Positions 47,440 through 59,500 of a stretch of DNA of 64,000 nt are shown here, in pieces. Each line of letters starts with the position of its first letter. Position 1 is the first letter of the stretch. Source of the DNA: Minutocellus sp. GHC0000111 (lineage: Eukaryota); assembly GCA_977018835.1 (NCBI GenBank), contig OZ361258.1, positions 3,968,001 to 4,032,000 of the forward strand, written 5' to 3'. Below the pieces are notes generated by a model that did no database searches, had not been told where the DNA came from, and saw only the letters and a list, made by a program, of their open reading frames with translations. The position numbers were made by a program, and so were the translations under genes.

Positions 47440-48387
47440 TCACCACGACGACATTAGTAGCCTTGAATTCATAAGCGGAGGAACTGGCTCCAATTTCTGT
47501 ATCTGCAAGCAGTCAACAAGAATACCGCCGGTAAAGTCCAATTCTCTTTTCCACACACGTGCCTTGATGTAGCCGCCATCAGCTCCAATTTCGACCACCT
47601 CTCCTCCCGTAGCACAAATGTCGGTCCATCCCTTTCCACGATCTTCCCGGGTATTCCACAGAGAGCTAAAGTGCTGTACATGGTCACTTGTCGATCCACC
47701 GCCACGGCGTTCACTGTGCACCTCCGTGTCCAACTGTAGGACACAAAAACCCGATGTGGAGTTGACTCTCCAATACGCGCGGTATCGACCCTTCTCCAAC
47801 CGGTCGGTTTGAACCGATATTCGAAAATCAGTCACGTCGTGAGCCCGTCGGACGGCATTGAAGGGACTTGAAGGGCAAGGATGGTTGACGTACCAGTATG
47901 GCTCCTCACCCCACCTCTCAATATTGGGTCGGTAGCGATTCACCCGACGATATCTCTTTTGTAATTCGACACAATAATGTTTAGCTGCAGTGATTGGGGC
48001 AGAATTGGTGTCATCACTTCTGCTTTCAGTGTTCGACGACGTCTCAATTGTAGCCATGCATGTAGCATCTTCGCATGGGATCACATATTCGTCTCTCATG
48101 GCGTGCAGCTTGGTTTCCCACGCATCTGTGGCGAGTTTCGCCAGCGATTTACAGCTTCGCAAAAGTGACGATGTTTCCTTTGGAGGCAGGCACTTGAGAA
48201 GGAGTCGTAATATGTCGTCGGATAGGGCTGTCATGTGAGGTTCCGGTTGGAGCGTGCTGTCAGATTTCTGTTTGCCGCCTTTTGTGGCCTTCTTCGAGTT
48301 ACTTGGAATGGCGCCTTCATGCCCGTTGCCAGCATATGGAGCGGACGGGTCTTTTGTCTTCAATAACATTGATCTGAGTGAGAACAT
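47440..48387 (-). CDS. F-box protein with a PP2/Nictaba-like C-terminal domain
   Basis: F-box-like LSDDILRLLLKCLPPKETSSLLRSCKSL. C-terminal WGEEPYW, GRYRAYWRV, GKGWTDI, GGILVDCLQI. Confidence 0.6.
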   Translation of the reverse strand: MFSLRSMLLKTKDPSAPYAGNGHEGAIPSNSKKATKGGKQKSDSTLQPEPHMTALSDDILRLLLKCLPPKETSSLLRSCKSLAKLATDAWETKLHAMRDEYVIPCEDATCMATIETSSNTESRSDDTNSAPITAAKHYCVELQKRYRRVNRYRPNIERWGEEPYWYVNHPCPSSPFNAVRRAHDVTDFRISVQTDRLEKGRYRAYWRVNSTSGFCVLQLDTEVHSERRGGGSTSDHVQHFSSLWNTREDRGKGWTDICATGGEVVEIGADGGYIKARVWKRELDFTGGILVDCLQIQKLEPVPPLMNSRLLMSSW

Positions 48388-49111
48388 TACTGTCTATTTG
48401 TGTTATGCGGTGGAGGCGATCGCGGCACACAACAACAGATTGCCTCAAACCACTGCATAAATTGCTCATACAAAGAAAATCGCACAAAGACAGTGCCCAA
48501 CCAAATGATTTCAAATGCATTCGACGGGACCAACTAAAATCCGTCACTCGTGTGAGTACTTTTGTACCAAAACTCTACGAACTGTACACGAGAATCAACT
48601 TTTTGGCTGCAAAAAAAGCATTTCATAAAAAATCGAAGAACCAACAAAAAATTCGGTAACCGAGGAAACTCTAGTTACAAGAAGGTTGTTCGGTGAAAAT
48701 CATGGTTTACCAACACTTAGAGTGATTTAGATAAACGGGACCAAAAAGAATTTTGAGGTCCGAGCCGGCATCGCCGGGACGATTCTGCTGTAGTGAGAGG
48801 CGAACCGGCACTGGCCGGGGGCTCCAACTGGATCTTAAACACTGTGGGGGCGGGCGGGGGGCCGTGAGATCCACACTAATGACACACTCGACTGAGGTTG
48901 TAACAGGACTCTTTGGCTCTCGAATTAATTTATGTTCTGATGGCGAAAGCAAAGCGCCAAAGTCTTTTTTACACTCGATCGATCGAAGCCATGGCGTGAA
49001 CTCCTACGTAAAAAGTAGTCAACACCAAACCACCAAAACGACACCTGGCGTACTCATCTAGCTAGCTACGTAGTATCGTTGAAGCGGCTCCCGCCTACCA
49101 GCCAGCAACAG

Positions 49112-50914
49112 ATGGTATCGTACGCCGACGCAGCCAAAGCAAATGGCCTGCGATACGCCGTGGCCGATGTTCCGCCGGTCCCCCTTTCAATCCTACTGGG
49201 GATCCAGCACTACCTTACCATGTTAGGGGCGACCTTTCTCATACCAACACTGATCTGTCCCGCAATGGGAGCCAACGTCGAGCAGACGGGGAAAGTGATA
49301 TCCACCATCTTCTTTGTGAGCGGTTTGAATACCCTCGTCCAAACGTCCATTGGTGATCGGTTGCCGATTGTGCAGGGTGGTTCGTTCTCGTACCTTCCGG
49401 CCGTGTTTGGCATCATTGCGAATCCTGAGCTCCAATCGATCACCGATGACAGTGAACGATTCTTTGCGACCATGCGAGTCATTCAGGGAGCACTAATTGT
49501 TGTGGGACTGATCCAAATGGCCATCGGTTACACTGGCATATTCTCTTCAGTTCTACGATTTATTTCGCCCATCACGGTAACATGTGTCATTGTCGCGATT
49601 GGACTCGGCCTTTATGGTATAGCGTTCAATGGAGTGTCGCAGTGCTGGACGCTTGGTCTCACAGTGATGGGGTTGGCGGTGCTCTTCTGTTTGTATTTGC
49701 CAAGATTCAAGATCATTGGATTCCCGCTATTCGACTTGTTCCCAATACTGCTGTCCATCGTTTTTACCTGGTCCCTTGCTGGCATTCTGACGGCCGCGGG
49801 TGTGTGGGATGACGATAGTCCGTGTTCTACATCGAAGACCATGGAATTTGTCAGGTCAGCCCCATGGTTCTTCTTTCCCTATCCGTTTCAGTTTGGCGCG
49901 CCCGTCTTCAGAGGATATGCCATTGTTCCGATGATAGGATCAATGTTGGCAGCGATGATTGAGTCGGTTGGAGACTATTATTCATGCGCAAACATATCTG
50001 GTGCGCCTCCACCAACCTCTGGTATTATCGCGAGAGGTCTCGCGGCTGAGGGTATCGGTGTTGTTTTCAGTGGCCTCTGGGGAACTGGAAGTGGCACGAC
50101 GTCGTACAGTGAAAATATCGGCGCGATCGGAATTACAGGCGTTGGCAGTCGTGCTGTAGTTCAATGCGGTGCTCTAACAATGATGATTGTGTCTGTGATC
50201 GCAAAATTCGGTGTGCTACTTGCAACGATGCCGCAGCCGATGGTGTCTGGCCTCTATTGCGTCGTCTTCGGAATAATAGTAGCTGTGGGACTTTCCAACT
50301 TGCAGCATGTGAACCTCAACAACCAGCGAAATCTATTCGTGCTTGGCTTTGCCATCTTCAACGCGTTCAGCATTGCCGGTCCAGGAGGATACTTTGCCAC
50401 GGTAGAGGGCAATCCATTCGGATCGAGTAATGGAGCTGCAATAGCTCTATCTATATTTTCTTCGCCAATGATTGTGGCATTCATCATTTCTTTGACATTG
50501 GATGCAACCGCGGGTGGAGCTACTCCGGAGGACCGTGGATTAGCCGCGTGGGAGGTTGCCAGTAAAGCAGATATCAACAATGATCCAGAATACATAGAGG
50601 TGTATTCTTTGCCTCTCTTCTTTGCCAGGATGACACGCAATTGTGTCTACTTGGAGTACACGAGTAGAGGTAGAATGCCTCCTCCCCCAGAGAATGGCAA
50701 ATATCAAGCATCGAGGGGAGATCTTTCCGACCTCTGCTGTCCATGTGTATTTCGAGACGAGATGGATGATGAAGGAGGAGAAGACAGCAGAGGCAGCGAA
50801 GAAAAGGGAGTGCCCACTGACTCTCCGACTGGAAACAAGATGGACCGCGAGGAACTATCGGAGGGCGGCGGTGTTGATGTCGAAGCTGCTTCGGTTGGAG
50901 ATAAAAGTGATTGA
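49112..50914 (+). CDS. Nucleobase-ascorbate transporter (NAT/NCS2, SLC23 family)
   Basis: LGIQHYLTM, GDRLPIVQGGSF, IESVGDY, signature SYSENIGAIGITGVGSR, GLSNLQHVNLNNQRNLF, many TM segments. Confidence 0.93.
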   Translation: MVSYADAAKANGLRYAVADVPPVPLSILLGIQHYLTMLGATFLIPTLICPAMGANVEQTGKVISTIFFVSGLNTLVQTSIGDRLPIVQGGSFSYLPAVFGIIANPELQSITDDSERFFATMRVIQGALIVVGLIQMAIGYTGIFSSVLRFISPITVTCVIVAIGLGLYGIAFNGVSQCWTLGLTVMGLAVLFCLYLPRFKIIGFPLFDLFPILLSIVFTWSLAGILTAAGVWDDDSPCSTSKTMEFVRSAPWFFFPYPFQFGAPVFRGYAIVPMIGSMLAAMIESVGDYYSCANISGAPPPTSGIIARGLAAEGIGVVFSGLWGTGSGTTSYSENIGAIGITGVGSRAVVQCGALTMMIVSVIAKFGVLLATMPQPMVSGLYCVVFGIIVAVGLSNLQHVNLNNQRNLFVLGFAIFNAFSIAGPGGYFATVEGNPFGSSNGAAIALSIFSSPMIVAFIISLTLDATAGGATPEDRGLAAWEVASKADINNDPEYIEVYSLPLFFARMTRNCVYLEYTSRGRMPPPPENGKYQASRGDLSDLCCPCVFRDEMDDEGGEDSRGSEEKGVPTDSPTGNKMDREELSEGGGVDVEAASVGDKSD

Positions 50915-51020
50915 AATTCGTGCGATAGATTACATGTCTGAAATTACATCTAAACATAAATAAATTACGTTACTATTGCACATGTACAGGATAGCACCGA
51001 GGATAGGATATTATAACGAT

Positions 51021-54000
51021 CTATTCGTCATCCGGATAGTCATAATCGTCATAATCCTTTCCATAGGGGGAGGCAATCGTAAATCGCGGTGTGGTCGCCG
51101 GCCCAGAGGAAGTGGGAGAGTACAAATCGACTTCTGTCCCAGAGTTACTACTCTTGCTTGCGGAACTGCTAAAGTGTCTGCTTGATGCTTTTGGCCTTCT
51201 GTAGGAATAGGCAATGAATCCGATAATTCCAACAGCACCGGCGATACCGACAACTGATGCAACAATTGTGGTCTTCTGGGAGTTATCTCCGCTGTTCTCG
51301 CTGTTTGCATAGCTTTCCGGTATGTTTTCGCCGAAAGCCAAGACTCTAAAGTCGGCGACGATGGGCCTGTGGTGCCTGTGGGCTGGTGTCACATATTCGT
51401 GTGTTCGGTCCTCGCTGTCTGACCAAGAGTCCCAAATGTAAGTTACCAACTCCCCAGCTCCATTCTCCATCTTTTGACTAGGGGCGTCGACACTGAACGC
51501 ATGGTTCTCCCACGTTGTAATGGAAGCGGGCGTTTTGTGCATTTCGCCATCAATCTCCAAAAAGAGACCAGACGGGATCGCATCAAAGGTCAAGTCCACC
51601 TTCTTTGGATAAATGTGTACAGTTTTTGATGACTTTGTAGCATAACCGTCAACCATGGATACAGTCGAGAGCGTGATTTCAAGGTAATTGCTCTCGGCGG
51701 TCTCAAAATCAGTCGGCTCGGGACCACGGCCAAGGATATTGTTGCCCTGGGTTGGTTTGAGAATCGTAATGGAATGTGTTTCATTTCGCATCTTGACCTC
51801 CCACGTCAACATTTCGTCCGATACCTCCAAGGGCATGCCATCTGGCCCAATGACGGAACCTGCCAAGCTGATGGCATCGCCGACCGCGAATGACGCCCCA
51901 TCCGAAGGGCTATCAATTGACACGGCAGAATCTCCACGATAGGGACGGAAGCTAGCGACGACCGGGGAATGCGCCATGTTGCTGGACACCATAAATTTAT
52001 GCGACTTGGCCCCGCCGTCCGACCAGCTCTTGAGGGCAAACATGTCACCTTTATTATCCGTCTGTACTTTCGCTTCGACGTTGATTTCGCTATTGGCCCA
52101 AGTGGTGATGGTAGTTGGTGTCTGAAACTCTTCGCCATTGGCCACAACGACGAAACCAGATGGTGTACTGTCCAATTTAAAATCGACAAGATTTGGCTTC
52201 AAGATGGTAGATGCAGTCGATGACAATCCTGCATTATCCGTAGCTGTAAATGAAACCATCAAATAGCTGTCCTTGGCGGTAGAAAGATCGATGGGTCCTG
52301 GAGCAGATGGTATGACAAGGCTGTCTCCAGCGGTGGGCTCCAAAATGGTGTGCCAATGATCCTCGTGATGCAATCGCACTTCCCAACTGAGAGAAGTTCC
52401 GGAGAGCAATCCACCGTCGACATCGAATGCTGTGCCTCTGAGCTTGATTTGATCTCCGACAGAAAAAGTGGCATCCTCGCGGGGCTCAATGATGCGGGTA
52501 CGAGGTGGTGTATCCTCGACGGTAATATCGATACTGGTAGTAGTCTCGGCACCCTTGTTGTCACGAACAGTCAGAATCGCTGAGTACACTCCCAACTTCA
52601 TGTATCTGAAGGAACCAGTGGGACTGTAAGAGTCAATGTACCCATCGCCATCAAAGTCCCAAGCGTAGTGAAGCGCTGCGGAGCCCTCCTCGAGATGATC
52701 CGGATCATAACTCTTGGTCGCGTCGAAGTTCACGAGAAGCGGGGGGAAGCCAAGCGTGGTGCTAGCAGAGGCAATTGCCTTGGGCAAGCGATTGAACTCA
52801 ACTGGCGAAGAAGTCGGTGATCCCGTAGTTGGCTTTGCAACAGTCACGGTCTCCGCTGGTGCTGCTCCTCCAAAATTGAGTCCGCCTTCTGGGAGCACAA
52901 AATCATCCTCGGTGGCACCTCCAAAACTGATTCCACCTTCTGGGAGCACAAAGTCATCATCTGCATCGTCGGGAACGTAATCCTGAACAACCACGGTGGT
53001 AGCAGCATCAATGGCAGCAGCAATTTCAGCCTGATTGGCAATAGTGTTGGGAGTCGCAACGGGAGTACTGACGACGGGAGGAGCAACAGTCGGGAGCGGG
53101 GCCACAGGAGGTCCAACATATCGAATTCTGTAAATGCCCTTGTTGCCGCGAAGACCATCGTGACCTCGGGTGGTCAAGTACAGAGCCTGACCTCCCATAT
53201 AAGGACCAAATGCAAGGGCTGTAATTTTGAGCAAGCTGCTGAATGTCTGAGTAGAAGCGGCATACGCTGAGACAGGAGGATCACACGCAGGATAGGGACA
53301 GGCTGCGGAGCTGTTCTCGGTCACTCGATACAAACCACCAAACGCATAGTCCGCGTATAGATAAGAGTTCTGGAAATGCCAAGGCCAGCCGGCATCGTTG
53401 GGATAAAAGGCATTGCCAGTGGCGGCACCACCCTCCTCGTTGTTGTGTCTGTAAAAATGCACGGGCGTCAGGAAACGAGAGTCCGGTGCGCAGTCTTCTT
53501 CACACAGGGTCCTGTCGATGCGAGGAAAGAGAGATCCCAAAGATTGTATGGTTAAAAGAATAAAATTTTGGTGGTGTAAAAAACAAGGACGATGTTCGCT
53601 CGTGTTGATATCTTACCTTCGCGCTCGGGATAGCCGTAGTTGGCACCGGCGAATCCGTCGCCGCCCTCGTGTACTGATTCCCACGTATGTCTGCCGACAT
53701 CGTTGATGAAGAATCGCGTCTTGCCCTCATCGGCAGCATTGGGGTCGAGGGCGAATCGGAATGGGTTGCGCAATCTGATGAAATGCAAAGTGACAAGGTT
53801 GATATTTGGATAATTCAATGCATGTTGTTGTCAGAAATAATTGATGAATCAAAAGTAGTCGAGAAAGACAATAAAACCAACACATACATGACATGCTATT
53901 ACAAACTCACCCATAGCTGTAAATTTCCTGACATTTGATGTCGGCGTTGCCGGACCAACCATCTCGGTTGCATCTGGCCGACGTGCGTGGGTCAGTAAAC

Positions 54001-54743
54001 GGGTTGGTCGGGGGGATGTTGCCATCGTCGGTCAAACGCAGAATCTTGCCCAGGAGCATGTCCAATGCCTGAGGATAGAGCACGCCATTGTCGTTCTCCT
54101 GGCTGATGCCACCACCACCGTCGCCCACCGACACGTACAGATACCCGTCGACACCGAAGCGAATCTGACCGGAATTGTGCCCCCCGTACGGGAGGATGGG
54201 AGTTTCGAAGAACACCTGCTCGGTGGAGGGGTTGACAACGTTGTCCTGACCGAGGACGAAGCGCGACAGACGATTGACCGGTCCCTTCTTGGACGAACCG
54301 GACGTGTCGCAATTGTTGTACTTGTCGTAGGTGTAGTACAGGTAGATGTAGCGGTTGCCGTCGACGCCAAAGTTGGGATGGAAGGCCGTGCCGCCGAACC
54401 CGCGCTCGACGTTGGTGCAGAGCGTGGAGATGGTCAGGGCCTTGGTCTTGCGGGGAAATCGGCCGTGGATGGGGTCAAGGTCCTCAGCGACCCAGAGGAC
54501 GCCGCCCTTTTCGGGGACCAGCATCGTGCTGCCATCGGGACTGATCTGCAGGTCGACGGGCGCATCGGCATCGTCGAGGGAGATGAGGAATTCCTCGTCA
54601 AAGTAGGCCAGGAAGGTCGGATCGACCCTTGGGGCTTGGGCCAAAGTGGCCGTTGGAAGAAGGAGAGTGACGAGGAGGACGCCGAGAATTGTCGTGGCGA
54701 AAGATACGGCGATGGCACGTGATGTGCCGGGAAATGCGGGCAT
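51021..54743 (-). CDS. Cell-surface glucose/sorbosone dehydrogenase (GSDH)-family beta-propeller protein with PKD/Ig-like repeats and C-terminal TM
   Basis: Exons 54743-53911, 53774-53617, 53511-51021, with a frameshift near the start of exon 3. Signal peptide; ERGFGGTAFHPNF, GHNSGQIRFGVDGYLYVSVGDGG, LGKILR, YGLRNPFR, GANYGYP; PKD FDATKSYDPD..YAWDFDGDG..LTVRDNKG; two Ig-like repeats; TM IVASVVGIAGAVGIIGFIAY. Confidence 0.85.
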
Positions 54744-54981
54744 CTTTATGGTTCGATGGGGGAGTTGAGAATAAGGTTTGACTGTTGATGAATTGAATCG
54801 TTTCAGTCTCTATTCGCTTTCTCGTCCCTCTCTCTGCATTGAATATCGTTGCATCGAAGCAAAATGGCTGAGGCGGCAGAGCCAAACGATCGTTTGGATT
54901 TATTTTTTGTCGTTGGGTTGGCACTTGCTTGTTGAGAGTTCCCTGTAGGCAATTCGGTATCCGTGACGTTCGACGGACTGA

Positions 54982-56154
54982 ATGACCACCGCTCATTTTT
55001 TGTTCTGCTCTGACATGACGACGACGATGATGGGTTCCGCTGCTTCTGCTACCGTCAGCGCCCTTGGTAGGTGTGCCACCAGGAGTGCACGGCGGTCTCG
55101 TTCAGCACATGTTTCTCCAATCACCTTCCAGCAATTTCCAGCCATCACCACCAGCCGCTTTTATTCCAGCACATACCGTGACGACGATGATGATGTTCGG
55201 AGCAGCAAGCGTCCCAAAACAGCCCTCGTCCTCGGCTCCTCGGGGTGTCTGGGCTCAACCTTGGTCAGCACCCTTTACCGGACCTTTGGAAAGGATAGGA
55301 TCAACATCATAGGCAGCGACTGCGTCCAGCCTCCCAACTCCCAAATGGAGGCCGATCAGCTCGATGCCTTTTTGCCTCTGCCCCATCCCAGCACCGACCC
55401 GTCACTTGGCAAGATGACGACGGAATTGTTGCTGGGATTGAAGGAATTGGATGAATTGTCGTCGAATAATCGTTCAGGTGGCGACGATGACGCAGATGGT
55501 GGGCTGAAGCTTGACGCCATTATATGTGCCTCGGGTGGTTGGGAGGGTGATCCGCCGACTGTCAACGTCGATGCCCTGAAAAGTGAGCTGGACCCGACCG
55601 ACAGCATGGAGGAGAAGATGTTGATTGCCGATGCCAGGGCGCATGGTGATGCCGTCGAGCGGATGATGAAGATGAATCTGTACCCGGTGCTGGCTGCTGG
55701 TCGGGCCATGGACCGGTACATGTCATCGCAGGGACTATTTGTAGCCTTTGGTGCGGCTGCGGCGCTGGCCCCCACGCCGTCCATGTATGGCTATGGCGCG
55801 GCCAAGGCGGCCGTCCATCACTACATCCAAACCCTCGGTGCGTCATCCGGTCCCAAGACGGGCGTCGGTCACAAGGCTCAGAGGCAAAAGGCATCGATTG
55901 CCCTCCGACGGGACCGTGAATATCTAGATGATCTCACCGCTCTTGCTATTCTGCCAAGCATGTTGGACACGCCAACCAATCGAAGATTTGCCGAGCCCGA
56001 TGCCGATTTCGATACCTGGACGAAACCCGAGGTGATTGCCAGGGAGGTTGCGACGTGGCTTGGCAAGCCGTATTTGCGACCAAACAGTGGAGCGTTGATC
56101 AAGGTCCAGAGTGGAAAGAAGGGGGGCGACGCGGTGTTTAATCTCGTGCGGTAG
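54982..56154 (+). CDS. QDPR: Dihydropteridine reductase-like short-chain dehydrogenase, probable mitochondrial pre-sequence
   Basis: ALVLGSSGCLG, DAIICASGGWEG, PSMYGYGAAKAAVH (YxxxK), ILPSMLDTPTNR..DFDTWT, PNSGALI. Arg/Ser-rich N-terminus. Exact start uncertain. Confidence 0.82.
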   Translation: MTTAHFLFCSDMTTTMMGSAASATVSALGRCATRSARRSRSAHVSPITFQQFPAITTSRFYSSTYRDDDDDVRSSKRPKTALVLGSSGCLGSTLVSTLYRTFGKDRINIIGSDCVQPPNSQMEADQLDAFLPLPHPSTDPSLGKMTTELLLGLKELDELSSNNRSGGDDDADGGLKLDAIICASGGWEGDPPTVNVDALKSELDPTDSMEEKMLIADARAHGDAVERMMKMNLYPVLAAGRAMDRYMSSQGLFVAFGAAAALAPTPSMYGYGAAKAAVHHYIQTLGASSGPKTGVGHKAQRQKASIALRRDREYLDDLTALAILPSMLDTPTNRRFAEPDADFDTWTKPEVIAREVATWLGKPYLRPNSGALIKVQSGKKGGDAVFNLVR

Positions 56155-56527
56155 GACATGCAAAAGCACAATTGAGGATAACATACATAATAGTGTGGCG
56201 AAAGATTTGCGTTGGTCCCGCACTCTTCGCCTTTGGGCGATTGTTGTTAATCGCCTTTTTAATCTGAAACCAAAGTACTAGCTAGCTAGTAAAATCAAAT
56301 TTTCATCGTCTAGAATCGTCGCATAATTCCAATTGCAGGTGCATTCTTTTTTAACATCTAATTATTGTGAAATCAGTCTATGTCTTTGCCGTGTGCATTT
56401 CTCTTTCATTATGTTTGTCTTTTGTCTCTTCTTCTTGTGTTGGGTCTGATCATGTCATTCATGCCACACCTCACAGTTGTCCGTTTGATATCTGCTCATC
56501 TGCTCTTCGTACAACAGCTCGTACCAG

Positions 56528-59500
56528 TCATTCGAATCGCCGCGTCCTCTTTGAATCTCGGTTCTTGCGCCAGGGATTTGTTCGAATTATTGAGTTATCC
56601 CTGATAGGTTCCTCAGAAGATGGCGGCATACTGGAACCAGACCCCTCTACCTCCTTGAATTCTGTCTCTTCTTGATTTTCGTTGACAACAACCATCAGTT
56701 CTACGGTAGGAGTTCCGCTCACGATGTCTGTGTTCGACGTCGGAGATATTGTTGGGGCATTTGTTTCGCCGGTCTTGGCGACTGTGGGGCCTGGCAATGT
56801 TAACGAAGCTGCTGTGGGAAGATCATCGGTACTCACATAGCATTCAGTGCAACAGTCACACTGGACCTTCACGGGGACACCATCACTATTGCTGGCACAG
56901 TCAGAAGTTAGACGGTCGAGAATATCGTCTTCGCCAAGATACCTCAGAGAACATACAAATTCCGGCCTGCGAAGCATATGTCGATGCGGAAAAGAAAAAG
57001 GGCGGGGGGAATTGAGCGCTCGTCGAAGTACAAAGTAAACATATACCACATGAAATATCTCGCTGAAAACAATCAAAGCACTCGTTGGTTGAAAACTCAC
57101 ATAGTACCCGAAAGTTCATTGTGGTGAAGCTCCAATGAATCCAAAGAGAGTAGGTTTCCTAAAGCGCTTGGGATCTTCTTAACAAACTCATTGTCATTCA
57201 ACCTGAGATCAATGAGCTTTGATAAATTGCCCAACTCGTCTGGAATTCTGCCCCGAATGCGATTATTATTTAGAATAAGTCTTTCGAGCTGAGTCAGTGC
57301 TCCTATCTCGGAGGGAATGCGAGTAATAGCGTTGTTGGAAGCAGCCAAATACTTCAACCGTGACAAGAGGACTATGTCAGCTGGTATTCTACCATTCAGG
57401 TTGATTTCTTCAATCTCGAGGCCCGTGACGACAAGTACATTGACTTCAACTGGAGTGTTGGTTGGTGAGGGAGTTGGTTCCAAGGTTGTTGTTTGTGATG
57501 TAGCTGTGGGTGCCATCGTTTCGTTTGACGCAGAGCTAAGCTGGAGTACCCTCCGATTCCGTAGGTAAGACTTCATGCCCTGAGGCTTGGTGGAATTGGT
57601 GGGCGAGTCATCCCTCAGCTTTGTAATGACCTGGCGACTACAAATCACTCCCTCCCAGCCACATTCTGGTCCTGGTGATAGCCATTGAACGTCCTCGGAC
57701 TGTGCAACAATCGTCCATCTTTTTCCACCGGTAGCAAACCAAAGCGTGGCGAGGGCATATCGTTGCGTAATAGTGATTTCCTCTGGTGAAGTCTCTTGCA
57801 GCCTTCGACGACTTACACCCTTTGCTACAAGATCCGAGGCCAACCAACTCACTGCCTCATACTGGGGAGAGTTGGGGTCTTCGAGTGCCGCCGGGTTGGG
57901 TACGACATCTCCCAAAAATGTCTGCAGCTCTTCGACGGTTTCCGCGTATTCAAACGATGTAGGTGATGCTGTGGGCTGAGGTTGAGTCGGCGCGTTGCTT
58001 TGGGGAGACAGCGTTGGAATTCCACTCTCCACGGCCGGCGTTGGTGCTTCGCTCGCTGGCGCTTGAGTAGGTATTTTGCTGGTGAGGGCTGGAGTAGGCA
58101 TGTCACTCGCCGGTGATTGAGTGGGAGCGCCACTCTGCGGGGCTAAAGTCGGTCCAGCACTACTCTGGGGAGCTCCGGTAGGCGGTGGACTTGTTTGTGA
58201 TGGCGGAAAGGTCCCATCAATCGGACTGGCAGTCGGCAGTGGTGTAAGTGGAGTAGGAAGATTTGAAGGCGTAGGTGGTCGGGGATCAATGGGGTATGGT
58301 GTCGGGCTGGATGTAGCTGGCATACTCTTGTCGTTATCGTTTCTGCCGAGCCTCAAAGCCAGTGCAATCCCAACAATACCACCAACCAATACTAAAGCGC
58401 CTGCAGCCATCAATAACTTGTTCTTTTTATTGCTTCCCGGCGATGTCTCTTTCTTGTTGCGACCGTTTGTTGGCGACAAATCATTTGCGCTACCGTGTGG
58501 CGACGAAGCTGCTGCAAAGGATCCGGCCGCGAGGTTTTCATTGGCCATGCCCTCTTCGATGTCTCGCTCGGTTGATACCTCGACAGGTCTTTCTTCGACC
58601 AACGATTTCGATGGACTTGAAATGATGGTAAATTCTTCTGCTTCTTCCGGCGCTTCGGGTGCGGATTGGAGTCCTCCTGCAGCTGCCGCAGCAATGCCTA
58701 CAGCGCCGACTGCTCCGGCCGCAGCAAGGGCCTTGTCTTCTCCCTCATTACTGCCTTCGTCACCATAACTCTCTTCATCCTCTGAGAAAGTTGGGTTGGA
58801 ATAGTACTGACCAGAGTCCATCGAGCCCTTGCTACCCATTGAGGTATTTTTTTTTATTGTGGCAGGAGAAGTAGTTGAAAGTCTCTCGACAGTCTCGTCC
58901 GCCGTTTTCTCATCGCCTTCAGTTGCCAAACTACCGATAGGTGAATTTCCAGCGCTACCCGCGGCGACCGCTGTTCCGGCACCAGCAATCGCGGCAGCTC
59001 CAACAACCCCCGCCGCAACCGCGAGAGGTCCTACTTTGTCAGCATTCTCATCATCATCATCATCATGGTCATCACCACCACCATGTCCTTCTTCTTGACT
59101 TGCATCTTCCCTTTCGCCAGTCTCCTCAAGTTTTGCATCGTTGTCATTTTCATCGGGTGAAGAAGAAGCTGGTCCATCCACGGAAGCGCCGAAATCTGTC
59201 ACCCCTGCACCCAAGTTATCTACCTCTTCACTATTTGTGCCTAGGGCCGCGGCACCTCCAGCCACCACAGCGCCAGCGGATCCAGCTGCCAAAACAGATG
59301 ATACCCACTCTTTGTCGCTATCTTCGTCGTTCTGTGCGGATTCCTCCTTCGACACAAAGGAATCAAATGGATTATCACTTGCAGTTTCCTCACTGTTTTG
59401 GATATTCGTCCCACCCTCCTCGGCGTTATCGCTGGAGGGTAATTCGACATCCTCTGCATCTGCATCATCCCCTTTAGGCCCAGAAACACCAGTCTCAGCA

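Noticed and set aside
52870..52960. Duplicated DDFVLPEGG segment in the GSDH linker
   Set aside because: In-frame short duplication in a low-complexity linker; unremarkable.
49112..54743. Ascorbate synthesis and uptake pair (sorbosone dehydrogenase plus SVCT-like carrier)
   Set aside because: The NAT signature begins with Glu (nucleobase type), not the Pro of ascorbate carriers, and the GSDH family name does not establish sorbosone as substrate.
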